From contig OX597826.1 in NCBI GenBank assembly GCA_951406725.2, positions 17,980,001 to 18,044,000 of the forward strand: a stretch of DNA of 64,000 nucleotides, in the 5' to 3' direction. The position numbers and the translations under genes are program-made. This document shows positions 41,090 to 55,502 of this stretch, piece by piece. Each line of letters opens with the position of its first letter. Position 1 is the first letter of the stretch. This stretch comes from Octopus vulgaris. Taxonomy: Eukaryota. Under the pieces are notes generated by a model, which made no database searches, was not told the origin of the DNA, and saw only the letters and a list, made by a program, of their open reading frames with translations.

Positions 41090-41451
41090 CTGTTTTAAGA
41101 ATGGTAAAAAAGATCAGTCAGTTAACCATTTCTGTATATAGAACTACTTATGTATAGTAAACATTTTTATCAAAGAGGCATGGACTGAAAAGCTCTACCA
41201 TATGAGGTTCTGTGCATATACATTTGTAACAAATGTTTATATAAGAATATATGTAAGGTGTATGAAGCATATGTGGTATAAAAGCTATAAGTGTGAGGGT
41301 GTGGCTGTGTAATAAAAGGGTTTCTTCCCAACTATATGGCTTTGGGGTTCAATCCTGCTACATGGCACCTTGGGAAAGTATATTCTGCTACACCTTTGGA
41401 CTGGCCAAAGCCTTGTGAGTGGATTTGATAGACGGAAGTGAAAGAAACCTG

Positions 41452-41493
<42 letters not shown>

Positions 41494-42089
41494 CTTTGTG
41501 TCTGTCCCTCACCACTGCTTGAAACCAGTGTTGATGTATTTACATCCTCATAACTTAGTAGTTCAGCAAAAAAAAAACCGATAAAATAAGTACCAGACCT
41601 AAAGAAGAGTCCTGGAGTCAATTCATTTGACTAACAATTCCTGAAGGCAGTGCCCCAGGGTCTTATGACTGAAAGAAGTAAAAGATAAAAGATACGTAAA
41701 GGCACAGGCATGGCGGTGTGGCAAGAAGCTTGCTTCCTAAAAACATGATTTCGGGTTTGGTCCTACCATGGGACACTTTGGGCAAGCATCTTCTACTAGA
41801 GCCTTCAGCCAATCAAAGTCTATCATAATACCCATTTTCCTTACACAAAAAGTTGTTAAAAGGTATTTAAATATTGCATAAGATAATTTTATAAATTTAT
41901 TTAGACTACCTAAATACAGAAAGTAGTATAAATGATAATTGGGAAATGTACAAAAATCATAAAACATTTGCAGAACTTCAGTATATACAATGATTTTAAC
42001 TTATTTCTTTGAAGCATCTGTGAAGAGTTCCTGTGGGTTTCCTACTCTGGAACAACCTACATACAATTAACCATTGGCTTCTAGAAGGA

Positions 42090-42315
42090 GACCGACAACC
42101 TGCAGTGTTTGACCTGGGAATTGCAATCATTTGAAATGACAGAGGATATCTGTTAGTATTAGTGACATTCTTGGTATAAATACGATGCCTCCCCTATCGC
42201 ATCCAGGGTAGATTTTTGCTTCAATGTGAGTCTGTTGTTCAGGCACAACCATACATGTACCATTGCTCAATCTTGGCTGATCCAGGTTTCTGAGAAGCAT
42301 GGGTGATGGCAGTAA
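42090..42315 (-). mobile_element. Helitron Pif1-like helicase fragment
   Basis: MLLRNLDQPRLSNGT...IEAKI...VFIPRMSLILTD...FK*LQFP matches the Helitron RepHel helicase C-terminus. Confidence 0.8.
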
Positions 42316-42849
42316 GTTGTGGTTGTGGTGGTAGTAGTGGTGACAGTATAGATTAATAGATATTAGTGGTTGTGGTGGTAGTATCGGTAGCACAATTTAA
42401 ATATTCTAAATAAATGTTAATCCCCCCTCTGTCTCACTTGTTTTTCTCTCTAACCCAGTTTCTATCTGTCTCACGTATTTTGTCTCTTGGGAAAAAAGAG
42501 GTTGAGGTAGTGAGACACACACACACACATACAACCAGAGAGAGAGAGAAATAGAGATTGCGAGAGAGATAGAGATGGACATATAAACAGATAGAAAGTA
42601 GAGGTCCGGTATCTCACTTGATTTTTCTCCATAACCCACTTTCTCTCTCTCACTCGTGTTTTTTCTCTAGAGAGAAAAAGAGGTAGTGAGAGAGACATAT
42701 ACAACCAGAGTGAGAGAGAGAGAGAGAGAGAGAGGGGGGGATGCAGTGGTCTGGCGGTGACTTCAAAGGAATAAATGTAATGTATAAACTTAGAGTAAGT
42801 TAGAGGTGGATTGAGTGATAGGTGGGGTATTTTTTCAATCTGTGAAAAG

Positions 42850-43510
42850 CATTACGGTGAAATAGACAGTACATGCTAGAAATAGGAGTCAATGCACCAC
42901 CAACTCAGCATCCTTCCTCATTCCGTTTTTGGAAAATAAGTGCACAATTATCTGCAGAATAGTCAAATTGATTTAGCATGACAAACCTGAAATATTATCA
43001 ATTTTATTTAGTGTTTTCAGCGGTCAACGTAGAAATAAACAAACTTTGCTTTTTATTAGGATATATAGACATTATGTTTAGATATACAGTATGTGGATTG
43101 CTAGACATAGGAACCAATACACCACCAACTCCCCGCCCCCGCCGTTCCTTTTGCGGAAAACAAGCACACAGTTGTCTGCGGAATGGTCAATTTAATTTAA
43201 ATGACATGTAAAACATGAAATATCAGTTCTATTCAGTGTTTCCAGCGGTCAACATACAAACAAACTTTGCTTTTTATAAGGATAGAGATATGGACATTAT
43301 AGTAAAATAGACAGTACACGGATTGCTAGAAAAAGGAGCCAATTCACCACCAACTCGTCCCCACTCCCATTCAGTTTTTGGAAAATAAGTGCACAGTTAT
43401 CTGCAGAATTATCAAATTAATTTAAATAGCACGAAAAACTTGAAATATTATCAATTTTACTTAGTGTTTTCAGCTGTCAACATACAAACAAACAAATTTT
43501 TTATAATGAT
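42850..43510. repeat. Diverged tandem triplication of an about 220-235 bp unit
   Basis: Anchors acagta...gctaga...caccaccaactc...ggaaaa...tgaaatat...gtcaac occur three times. Confidence 0.8.
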
Positions 43511-43928
43511 ATATAAAAATCACCTGAGTAATATGAGATGGCATACCATAGTTACTCACCTAGACAAGAATGACCATCAGATGTTAAGTTGAGTCCATCT
43601 GGACATTCACAATGATAACTGCCCACTTCATTGATGCATATGTTGCTACACTGCCCATTGTGGGTTTCACATTCGTTGATGTCTGCAAAGGATGATATGA
43701 CAATATCAATATTACTGGTTAGATTTTAAAGGGGAAAACTACACTAACATGCTGATGACAAACTCTCAGAGATTTGACTCTACTTACAGAATACAGGAAT
43801 TGACTGTTACTTTGAATTGGCAACTGAATTGTGGTAATGAAGTAGGTTTAATTTGAGGTGGGAGAGTGTTTCTATTGGAGGGATTCAATTGATGTGAAGA
43901 AACTCAGTGTAGGCTCATTATTGCTATA

Positions 43929-44813
43929 CAAGGGGACACCCCAGAGTAACTGGAAACGTTCCCTGTGGGACAAACCCATTGTAGTCCAGGCTTCTGCCAC
44001 TATAAACCACATGATGCAACCCCCAAACATAAGTCTGCCGACCAGCAATGGTGGTTGTGGTCACACTGCCACGTGATGCATCTTTGTTTTGCAGTGTTTC
44101 TACCCTGTTCACAGATTTTAGCAATAGCTGAAACAAAAGAACAGCATGCTTCTGCTTTCTGCTGGGGAAAATGGTGGCCGAAACAGTTCTCATACTTCAA
44201 ACAGCTTACAAGGGCACTGCTATAAACATAACACAAGTTTATGAGTGGTTTCCATGCTTTAGGAATGGTCACTTGTCGCTTGAAGATCAACTTTGTTCAG
44301 GATAACCAAAACCCTCCTGAACGAATGAAAACAGCATGAAGATTCATGAACTGATCTTGGAGAACGGTCACTGAACAACTGATGATCTTGTTGATATGAC
44401 TGGTGTGTCCTGGAACTCCTGCCAACGAATTTTGGTCAAGGAATTGTGAATGAAAAAAGTTGCAGCAAAATTTGTGCTTGTTTGCTCATAGAAGACCAAA
44501 ACTGAATACCTGTAATGAACTGAAAGAACAGTTGGAAGTTGATCTGGACCTTTTTTCAAAGGTCAGCACTGGTGATGAAAGCTGGTGCTACAGAATTTGC
44601 CTATGTGGAAGAGGTGGAGGAAAAAACGATGGAGGCATTAAAAGGCAACTCTTTGCAAGAGCTTCTGCACTGCTTTGAATAGTGGAAAATGTGCCTGGAC
44701 CAATGCATTGCTTCAAATGGAGAATACTTTGAAGGTGATAAAAGTGTAAACATGTAAAACTAAGGGAACAAAATAATATTACAAAATTCCAGTTTTATTT
44801 GGGTACCCACTCA
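43929..44813 (+). mobile_element. Internally deleted mariner
   Basis: Imperfect TIRs of about 28 bp flanked by TA; MKKVAAKFV (WVPHEL-equivalent) and TGDESWCY motifs. Confidence 0.8.
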
Positions 44814-46050
44814 TATGACCAATAATGAAAGGCAAACAGAGAAGAAAGAAGATGAAAAGAAAAAAGACGACCATTTTCAAAGTTCCAGCTCTATTCGGTA
44901 TAAAAATTTTACAGAAGCCAATATGGTTGCCTTTATACTAGAAATAGCAATCATATTTCCCTTAAATCACACCCTACTGTCTTTAAAAATAGGGCCAGAT
45001 GGGTATTCCTGAAATAACTTTTATCATAGGTGCCTACTCAAAGGTAACCTGAGGCTAAATAACAGCAACAGAGATTTTACAAATGAAGAATTTTACTGTA
45101 GGAGTCATTTTGATTGGTCGAAACATCAACTAAATCTCCTTCAAATTACATCTTAAATATCTTAGGAAGGAAAGATATACACTATGCCTGAGGAAAACAT
45201 AAAGTAGTCATGACTGAATCAACTTTTATGTTAGGTCTGCTTACTCAGAGCTGATCTGAAGCAACAACAATTGCAAACATTTGAAACAGTTGTAACATTT
45301 CGATGTCATAAATGATTAGAATAGTCTTCCAAAATCACTCTAGGAATCACATTAAATATTCTCCAAGATTAGATGATTCACTTTCTAACTTCAGACATTG
45401 TCTTGTCATAGCATATATAATCATTTCACTAGTCGAAGGAATTTGTATTTCCTTTCACAGGTCCCTTAATAAGAATATGATGCAAGTAATGGACCAAACA
45501 TTTTGTAATTATGTCAAAGAGTGGTGAATGCTTTCCAGTTTAGCAGAAGAAAATATGAAAGTTGTACTTTCCATGATTTTTGCAGGTTCATTTGTAGTGT
45601 AAGGAGAATGGGTAATGGCAAGAAATGAGATGGAGAAAGTAGGTTACAGTCTTAATTTGTTAGGACATTTAATTGTACCAAAAGTTTTCTGTAGTAGGGG
45701 ATTTGATAACCTCAGTAATGTCAAGTGAGGTGAGCAAGGCCATGGTCTTAGATTTAGTTTCAATTCCATGTTTTGGCTAGTTTGCTTTAACTCCTTTGAA
45801 ATAACATAAATTAACTCCCATTTTCTTTTCTTTGAAATTAAAGGAAGTATGATTCATATCATGAAATCTAAAATATAAAATGAGAAAAAGTTATTTCTCA
45901 AGTTCTATTCGAGCATAATATTTCATGTGTCTATTCAAATAATTTCTTGGAGCATCTATGGTTTTGTCTTTCTAGTACTGATAAAATAGGAACCAGCAGT
46001 TTACTGATGCTGACTTAATTTCTTTTAACCCTTTCTCTAAGCATAACAAA

Positions 46051-46650
46051 ATAGGCCCCTGATTTACAATGAGTAAACAGTATCAAGTTCCTACTCTATT
46101 CTTACATATTAAGTAAAGGTACTCCCAATTCACAACTACATTTTGTGTTCTTTAATTCCTTCAACTATTTTGGAATCTGTCAGGTTGACCTTAGGCCTGT
46201 GCACTGGAGACCATTCTATCCTATTTGGAACTTGATAGATTCTGCTAGGAGTATATATCCTGAACTGTAGTGGTTATGAAACAGCTGTTAAGCTGAGTAA
46301 CTTACCAAATCAAGGAAGTCATAAAAGATTTAATTTCATCCTCTAGCATTTAGATTACTCTGTCAAATGTAATACCTATTTGTTTACATTGTTCTGAATT
46401 AGTCATGCATAATCAATGATGTGGGTGTTCATTTCTTTTAGAATGACATTGTAGGGTAGATGTGAGTAGCCAGATCAGGCCAGTTTGGACAAAAACAAAA
46501 ACAAAAAACAGGTAGAATATTTTGGCTGGATATGACCAGTTTAAATGCTAAAGGGTTAACTTGCCATCACAGTGCATATTGTTGACAAAAAACATATGGA
46601 GCCTCATGTATAATTATCCATCAAAAAGTACTTACGCACATGTGCACATA
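46051..46650 (+). repeat. Intronic segmental duplicate of 53216-53807 (continues at 49716-49784 = about 53809-53878)
   Basis: Near-identical direct copy over about 600 bp, split by the RTE insertion. Confidence 0.92.
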
Positions 46651-49600
46651 GTAGGCATCTGTCAGTCTCAAGAAACCATGGATTTGCACCCGAAGAAATT
46701 GTGTCAGCTGCTGATGATGGTGTAGCATGTGTTGTGGCTGTAGAGGCCCACATGGGAGTGGCCGTTATGCATACACTGAATGCATTTGAAGGAGCTCTCT
46801 ACAGACACCACTGATTTTCCTTTCCTCAGGCAGGCTTTTATTTGATGGCAAGTTCCTGTTTCTCATCCCCCTTTTGCAGCATTTGTCTCCAGCATGGCTG
46901 ATCATTTGTAACCCCCCTCTCTTCTCAGGACGTCCAAATCAAGTGCTTTTACATCTCTCCTGAAACGGAGATGAGGTCGTCCTCATGCTCTTGTGTTGGT
47001 GGCCAATTCCCCATACAGAAGGTCTTTTGGGATCCCCCCATCCAGCATGCAATGTACATGACCCAACCAGTGCAGACTGTGCTGCTGAGGCAAGGTGTGC
47101 ATACTGGGTATCTTGGTGGGGTTGAGGACATCAGCGTTGATGACCTCTCTCAGACTACTTAGTATCATCATCATCATCATCATCATCGTCGTTTAGCGTC
47201 CGCTTTCCATGCTAGCATGGGTTGGACGGTTCTGCTGGGGTCTGTGAAGCCAGAAGGCTTCATCAGGCCCAGTCAAATCTGGCAGTGTTTCTACGGCTGG
47301 ATGCCCTTCCTAACGCCAACCACTCCGTGAGTGTAGTGGGTGCTTTTTACGTGCCACCCGCACAGGTGCCAGACAGAGCTGGCAAACGGCCACGAACGGA
47401 TGGTGCTTTTTATGTGCCACCGGCACAAGGGCCAGGCGAGCATCTCAAATTATGAAGGTGGCGCTGGTTTGGAGTAGAGGCTGCATGTCTCACTGCCATA
47501 GAGTAGTGTGATGAGGATGAATGCCTTAGAGACAGCAGTCTTGGTGTTTGCAGCCACTTTCCTCCTTTTTTCCACTCTCCCTTTGTGAGCCTGGCAAATG
47601 TGGAGGATGCTTGTTCAATTTGCTTGCTGATTTCAGGGTCTGGAGAGAGGCCATCAGAGATGGTAGAGCCAAGGTAGGTGAATTCACAAATTACCTCCAG
47701 CTTGTAGTTGTTGATGGCAAAGGTGGTGGTAGTGGGGGTGATGTTCGACATCTTGGCCCCAGTATGTTGGTCTTCTTTAAACTGATAGCCAGGCTTAATT
47801 CTTGACAGGCCTTTGAGAGTTTATCCACAAGGTGCTGCATTTTCTCCTCAGAGTGCACTGTCAGTGCTGTATTATCCACGTACAACATTTTTCAGATGAG
47901 TACCTGACACACTCTGTATTTTCCTTAATTTTCTGTCTGATCTGGTGTGAAGACTAACACCATCAGTTGATGTCCCAAATGTGTGCTTCAGCATGACTGC
48001 AAAGAAGATGCCAAACAATGTGGAGGAAAGCACACAACACTGATTCACACTGCTACACATGTTGAGTGCCTCCAATGAAGAGACATCAAACTGAGTGATG
48101 CTTTTCATATCCACATAAAATGATTGGACAATCCTGAGGAATCTTGGAGGACTGCCAATTTTGGCAAGGATTTTGAACAGGCTATCTCTACTGACTAGGT
48201 CAAAAGCCTTTGTGAAATCAATGAAGGTGATGAAGAGTGGTTGTCTTTGCACTTGGCACTATGTAGCAGTCAAAGACAGAAGATCATGTTGATGGTGGAG
48301 TGTTCTGATCTGAATACGAACTGAGATTTGGGGTATACCCTCTCAGTGATTTTCTGTAGTCTGTTTAGGACCATGAGATCAAAGACCTCGACGGTATTTA
48401 ACAGTGAGATGCCTCTGTAATTCTTGCAGTTGCTTTTGTCTCCTTTGTTCTTACATAGGGTGACAATGTTGCAGTCTCTCATGTCTTGCAAGATTGTTAC
48501 CTCCTCCCAGCACTGACACAGTAGTTTCAGCAAGTAGAGCTCTCCTTGTTCACCTGATGATCTCTAGTGGGATGCCATCCAAACCCGATGCTTTTCCAGT
48601 GGGCAAACCATCAATGGCTCAGCTCAGTTCTTCAGCCGTTGGCAGTGTGTCCAGCTCCTCCATTGCATGTAGTTGTTCTACAATGCATTCTTTTGCCCTT
48701 AATGACTTCCCCTATTCTGGATTTGAGTGGAGCTATCTTGTTCTGGGTTGGGCTGATGGCTTTCTTGATACCCTCATACATTCTGTGAATATTGCCCATA
48801 TCAAATGATAGTTGGATGTTTTCATATAGTTGTAACCAGTAGTCATTTTCACAGCATCTCACTATCTTCTGCATGTTGTTCTTTGCTGATCTCAATGCTT
48901 GCAGTGTTGTCCTAGTGGGTTGGTGGTTTGTGTTTCAGCAGGGCAGAACACTTCTCCATGGGTGTATTGAGCTCTTTCACACTCACCTCAAACCAATTTT
49001 GTGTCATTTTCTTTTTCCTCCCAAAGGCCTTCAGTGCAGTGCTATGAATGATGTCTCTGAGAGAGTCCCATCCCATTTCTGCCGAACATTGTCTTCTGGT
49101 GGGTCTGCAAGGTGGTCTGCAAGCTGGCTGCTGTGTTGAAGTAGCACTGATATGCTACTTGCTTAGGGGTTTGGTGCAGTGCATCATTTTGGATTGGAGT
49201 TTGAGATTGCAGCAAACCAGGGAGTGGTCTGTATTACAGTCAGTACTCTGAAAAGACTGAGACAGGCACACATTCCTCGAGTAGTTGTGTCTTGTAATGA
49301 TCAGATCTAGTTGGTGCCAGTGTCCTGAGTGAGGGTAACACCAGGAGACCCTGTGTTGAGCTTTGGCCTGGAAGTAGGTGTTGGTGACACATAGCCTATG
49401 GAGCATACAGTGCTCAAGCAGCTATTGCCCATTTTCATTCATGTTGCCAACCCTGTACTGACCCAGACACTTTGGCCAGGAGTCATGATCAGCACCCACT
49501 CTGGAGTTGAAATCACCAAGTAGCACCAGCTGTTCTCCATTTGGTATCACCTGTATTTTCTTAGAGAGCTGATTGTAGAGCTGATTGTGGAATTATGTTG

Positions 49601-49715
49601 GGGCATAAGCACTGATAATGTTGACAGGCCATCAGAAGAGTGCAATCAGAGCGAGAGTGTCTGCTCCAAACTGTTGCTGCTGAGTTCTACCAAGTTCAGG
49701 AGAGAGTTCCATTTA
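46651..49715 (-). mobile_element. RTE-clade LINE, decayed (APE endonuclease plus RT), with a SINE-like insert at about 47165-47440
   Basis: LLGDFN, HWHQLDLIITR, NYRGISLL, FIDFTKAFDLVSR, LYVDN (YADD), FTYLGSTIS, IPKDLLYGEL. Confidence 0.92.
47165..47440 (-). mobile_element. Repeat with (ATG)n tail, RTE-partnered SINE-like (related copies at about 9128-9410, 31800-32110, 39005-39130, 51450-51735, 56450-56690)
   Basis: Shared catcatc...ttccatgctagcatgggttggacgg...ggatgcccttcctaacgccaacc block. Confidence 0.75.
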
Positions 49716-50423
49716 TGCAAAAAATATAACATGCACTAATACATAAACACCTACATGTACACATATATACAAATTGAATAAATTTGATTACAGAGCGGCC
49801 TTTTGTCATGCTGAAGTGGTGAGTTCTTTGCAAAGTGAATGATTAGTTTGAGTTGATCCCTCACTAGAATGTCTGGTATGAGTTGATTGCTAGTGATACT
49901 CTGGTATAAATTGATCCTTATCTAGAATGTACGAATTCGTTTCTTATTAGAATGATTTTGAGTTAGAAGGTCTGAAACAAGTAGATTTCTAGTTAAAACT
50001 TGTGATACGAGTCGATTCCTTGTAAAAATATCTGATATAAGTTGGATCTAGTATGAGTTGAATCTTAGACATTCTGATATGGGTTGATTTTTTTTTGTTA
50101 GAACTTCTGGTGTAGATTGATTTCCAGTTAGAATCCTGAAGAATTAAAACGACTCACACACAAAATTGTTCTACATCTGTGGAGAATATGACATATAACA
50201 GCTTAAACATATTTAGTGTCTCATTAATGTTAACCCAGTTCAAGTCATGGGGTGGGTGCAGACTGAGCACTGTCAGTAGTTGCAGGAAGAAGAAGCCTGT
50301 CTTTAAGAGTAGAACGATTGTTATAACATTCTCTTGCTTTCTTGAGACATATAAGGAAGAACAACCCCACGCGCGCGCGCACACACATACAAACACACTT
50401 AAAAAAATTACACCCTCGCTTAC

Positions 50424-50624
50424 CTTGGCAGGTAGACATGAATTTTGACCAAGTACCATTTCCTAAACACTCCAAGAATGAAGGACCTTTTACTTCATGG
50501 CCTTCTGGACAAGCAAGTTGGCATTTAGTTCCAGCAATTAGCTTAGCTCTGGTGAGACACTTAACACTCTTCACTGTTACATTATTATTATTATCAGGGG
50601 CAGTAAGTGTGTTACACACTGAGG
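50424..50624 (-). CDS. Host gene exon: Sushi/CCP domain
   Basis: TTTTCAG acceptor, GTAAGC donor, 201 nt, phase 1-1. ASVCNTLTAP...GTKCQLACPEGHEVKGPSFLECLGNGTWSKFMSTCQ. Confidence 0.92.
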
Positions 50625-51878
50625 CTGAAAATTGTTTTAAAACAATGGGCAAATGATGAAAAAGTTCAATGACAGAATTCATTTGACAGTTTTATTGTAA
50701 TCAATTAGTATTAATATTTTAAGAATTATAGTAGTTAGTCTATAATTGAAGACATTGTTTTCAGTTCTCTTACCTCTGTAATCTTTCTTTACTTTTCCTC
50801 ATTTTCCTGAGACAAACAGTGTGTTAATACTCTTCCTCATCATCACCACCTTATCTTTATTATTATAAGGTAGACCAGTCTATCAATTAATTTGTATAAC
50901 TAAATTAGCTCTCTCCAGACTGTAGCTGTTCCAGAGCAACAAGAATGATGAATATAGAAATGATATTTTGACTGATACATAATACTATCTATTGAAAGTT
51001 TCACTTCTTGGGCCACTGTTATGTTCTGACTTTTCTCTGCAGTTTTCTTTTGATTCCACAACTGGTTTTTAATAAACTATACAAGCCACAACTAATTCTA
51101 AATATGGCCAGTGTATATTTAGATAGTGTGAAAATAATATACAATTTCTCATATAAAAATACTTGATAGATTCTGTGCTTCGGAAAATTGTGGGCTTTAA
51201 TTCCTCACCGTGAATCACTGTCATTTATCTCGTGACCTTTTCACAACATGTGAAAGAAAGCGGTTTCTTCCTCCATGGACAAAATAATATACAAAACCTG
51301 ACAACCAAATATCTTGATTAGACTCTGTATTTGGTGCCACTCAAGTGTTACCAGTCCACTGATACTATCAGCCACATCCTTTTCTGTTTCCACAAAGAGT
51401 AGATCCCAATATAAGAGGTGTTGTGCCTTCAATACTGGCTAATTTAAGGTTGCCATCGGCCCCAATCTGTGGCATGGTTAGCTGCCCACCACAACAAAAT
51501 TGATATCCTAAAACTAAGGTGTTACATAAAAAGTGCACTGGTATGGGTGCTGGTGCCACATAGAAAGCACCCAGTACACTCTGTGGAGTGGCTGGCATTA
51601 GGAAGGGCATCAAACCATAGAGACCAAGCCAAAACAGAGTATGTTACCTAGTGTGGCCCCAGGCCTCGCCAGTTCTTGTTAAGCTGTCCAACCCATGCCA
51701 GCATGGAAAACGGATGTTGAATGTTGATGATGGTTGCCTCTAATTACTTCTCATTAACTGTGTTTGGGAAGCACCATCAACATGATGAAGAGAAAAAGAA
51801 ATAAAAAAGAAAGAACTAAGATGAGAAGAAGTAGTGAAGAAGGGTAAATTATATTTTAGAACATTTTAATTTACCTAC

Positions 51879-52001
51879 CTGAGCAAGTGCGACCATTTGG
51901 ATTGAGATGGTAACCTGGGTCACATTTACAGAAGTAACTTCCCATTGTATTGACGCACTGGTGCTCACATTTACCATTATTCTTCTCACATTCATCAATA
52001 T
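51879..52001 (-). CDS. Host gene exon: calcium-binding EGF domain (not in ORF track)
   Basis: TTTTGGTAG acceptor, GTAGGT donor, 123 nt, phase 1-1. [41 protein letters not shown]. Confidence 0.93.
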
Positions 52002-54003
52002 CTACCAAAACAGAAAATCCCATTGTAAAGTGTTATCACAGATAGGTAATGGAGACAGAAAGACAGGCAAGTGGGCAGGTGCCGACACACATGTACAATG
52101 ATACTGGACAGTCTAATGTGATTTTCTATTGCTTTAAAATAAGTAGAGTTACACCTGTTATATAAAAAGGTAAAACAAAATAAGAACATGAGAAAACCAC
52201 AAAGGGACATGCTCCACACAAAACCAGACACTTAGGCTGATGCAAAAATCATGTAGTGAATAACAACAACAACAGCAACAACAACCAGCAAGTGCTACTG
52301 CCACTGCCACCACCTCAGATGCTGCTGTCCACTAATATCATCATCTACTTCCTCTTTGTCTTCATCACCATCATCATTGCTGTTTCCATCCCCTGTACTG
52401 CTTCTGCTGTTACCTTCTCCATCCCCACCACTACCACCTTTGTTGTCATCGTCTTTGTCATCATAATTTGTCATTACTGATAACCATTATTTCTTGCTGA
52501 GAAGTTCTCATAAAACTGAAACATGTCTATCCAAATCAGGCTCACGCCCCAGTACTGACTTTGCACAAAATACCATAGAATGTATGTTAGTCCAAGTGAC
52601 ATAGCTATGTTATCATCATTTTAACACTAACTTAAAATGGTCTCTTATATGTCATATTGCATCTTGTCTCTAGTATTAATAATTTCTTCTGAGAAGCCTA
52701 ATATCCTTAGATCCAGTCTCACTACTTACTTGTTATATGAGTCTTCATCATCAACAGCATATCAGACACTTTCATCTATTTGTATGCATCACATGTCTAT
52801 GTTGCACAGGCATCTCCGTTGCACACATCTTGACTCATGACTTCAATACTTAATTGCTTTGCTCTCCATGCTCATTAGCATCACACATTTAACATATGAT
52901 GCTTGTCAATCAAATTTTTCTTCATCCACTACAACTCTTCTACATCTAATGTCTATGTTCCTTAGCCATTCAGCTTTGTACAGTCTACTTTCCACAAAGA
53001 AACTTTTTGTTGTCAACAGAAGTATCAGCTATTATTGCTTTCATTACAACTGCAATCAAATGACTACAAATTTAGCAGAACCTATCATTTACATCCAGTG
53101 AACAATCCATAGACTTTATGAAATGAATTCCAATATTGCTAAATATTTGTATTTCTTTATCTCATTTGATGTATTGGCTCCCTGCTAAACTGCCAGAGAG
53201 TCTACTGTATCTTTCATAGGCCCATGATTTACAATGAGTAAACAGTATCAAGTTCCTACTCCATTCTTACATATTAAGTAAAGGTACTCCCAATTCACAA
53301 CTACATTTTGTGTTCTTTGTTGCTAACAACTATTTTGGAATCTGTCAGGTTGACCTTAGGCCTGTGCACTAGAGACCATGCTATCCTATTTGGAACTTGA
53401 TAGATTCTGCTTGGAGTATACATCCTTAACTGTACTGGTTATGAAACAGCTGTTAAGCTGAGTAACTTACCAAATCAAGGAAGTCATAAAAGATTTAATT
53501 CCATCCTCTAGCATTTAGATCACTCTGTCAAATGTAATACCTATTCGTTTACATTGTTCTGAATTAGTCATGCATAATCAATGATGTGGGTGTTCATTTC
53601 TTTTAGAATGACATTGTAGGGTAGATGCGAGTAGACAGATTAGGCCAGTTTGGACAAAAAAAAGACAGGTAGAATATTTTGGCTGGATATGACCAGTTTA
53701 AATGCTAAAGGGTTAACTTGCCATCACAGTGCATATTGTTGACAAAAAACATATGGAGCCTCATGTGTAATTATCCATCAAAAAGTACTTACGCCCATAT
53801 ACACATATATGCAAAAATATAACATGCACAAACACATAAACACTTACACACTCATATATTCATACAAACTGAGTAAATTATATAATGAAGTTTATACTGG
53901 TTTAGCAATAAATCATGGAAATTTTCTGATTTATGTGACTTAAGCTGTTTAAAATGAATATACAATTTTCGAATGTTTATGTCATAACCTTCAATCTACT
54001 TAC

Positions 54004-54195
54004 CTTCACAGGTGACATTATTTCTAGACCAGGAACCATTTTTAAGGCACCTTAGGGTTGAGGAGCCATCCAAATGAAAACCTTTGTGACATTTAATTGG
54101 ACATTTGGTTCCAATCTGTAATGTCTGGTTCTTTAAACAGGCTTTGTATTTCACATCAGCGTTTACAGGAGCATGGAAAGTTTCACAATATTCAG
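54004..54195 (-). CDS. Host gene exon: Sushi/CCP domain
   Basis: TTTTCTTTCAAAAG acceptor, GTAAGT donor, 192 nt, phase 1-1. AEYCETFHAPVNA...GTKCPIKCHKGFHLDGSSTLRCLKNGSWSRNNVTCE. Confidence 0.93.
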
Positions 54196-55502
54196 CTTTT
54201 GAAAGAAAACAGAACAAATATTTTGCAATTTTTAATTTATTACAATCTCAGAATTGATTGTTTGAAGTCTGGGAAAGCTACAAAATCATCAGGGATAGCT
54301 GCCAAGATATTAAAAGCATCAGGCTATATAGGTTCTATACTATTTACTCAGTTAATTATATAGTGAAAAAAGGTGTTATCTCCAGTGACTAGCATAGCAA
54401 TATCATTGCTAATTACTAAGGCAATTATGAAGGTCTCAAGAAAACAGACATCATAGTGAAAGTAGTTGAAAGAATTATGGTAGTTAGTATAAAACAGAGT
54501 AACTAAGAGAAATTACCCAGATAAAACTTTTGCATGAAGACTAAATAGCTATGTTGGTGCTTAACATACCCAAGATATTGAATTGTTAAGCTTCTAAGCA
54601 ACAATTTAATGAGTTAATCTTCATGTGGGTATTCCTCAAAGATTTCCCTCAGTCACTCTTACGTAACCAAACCTATCATCATTTATTCACCCAAATCCTT
54701 TATATTTAAGATCTGGCAAGAACAGGAAAAGACTATATTTTTGTTGAGGAGCTCTAATAAGACAAGCATGTCAAGAGTTAGCACCATGCTACCAAAGATC
54801 AAACTCACTCCTCAATGCGTGTCTCAGTTCAGTTGTTAATTAATTTGAATTTTAGAGCTTTCTCTTTTGTGTTTATTGACAAGAATTATCATTAACATTA
54901 ATGATTTTCCATTTTATAATTGCTGTAACATGATTTGGACTCGTTTTCAGTTGGTCAAAAGCCCAGAAAATTAACGATGCAATCATTAAATACATACGCA
55001 TACATATTTTGCATTATCCCACATCATAAACATGTGTATATGAAACTGAAGTTAGTAATGCTAATTAGCACACACACACACACACACACTCAATAAGTAA
55101 GTTTGTGAAGGCATCTGGCCAAGTGGTTAGAGTATTTGGGTTACTATTTCTAGTTCATGAGTTTGAGACCTGGTGTTGTGTCCTTGAGCAAGACATTATT
55201 TCACATCGCTCCACTTGACTCTGCTGGCAAAAATGAGTTGTAGCCGTATTTCAAAGGGCCAACCATATCACATTCTGTGTATGCATGTCTGTAGAGTGCT
55301 CCACCATTTACTTGTTAATGTCACGAGCAGGCTGTTCCATTTATCAGATCAACTGGAACCCTCATTGTCGTAACCGATGGAGTGCCAGAGTAAATTTGTG
55401 CAACTGTGTGAAGCTTTGAAAATAGGGTTTTTCTCCACCAAGTAGCAAAAATTCTTCATTGGTTAAAAATCCCTATTAGAATGAATACACATGTTAACTT
55501 AC

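Noticed and set aside
49850-50130. Degenerate about 30-bp repeats (gagttgatt...tagaatgtctggtat)
   Set aside because: A decayed minisatellite with no coding or structural signal.
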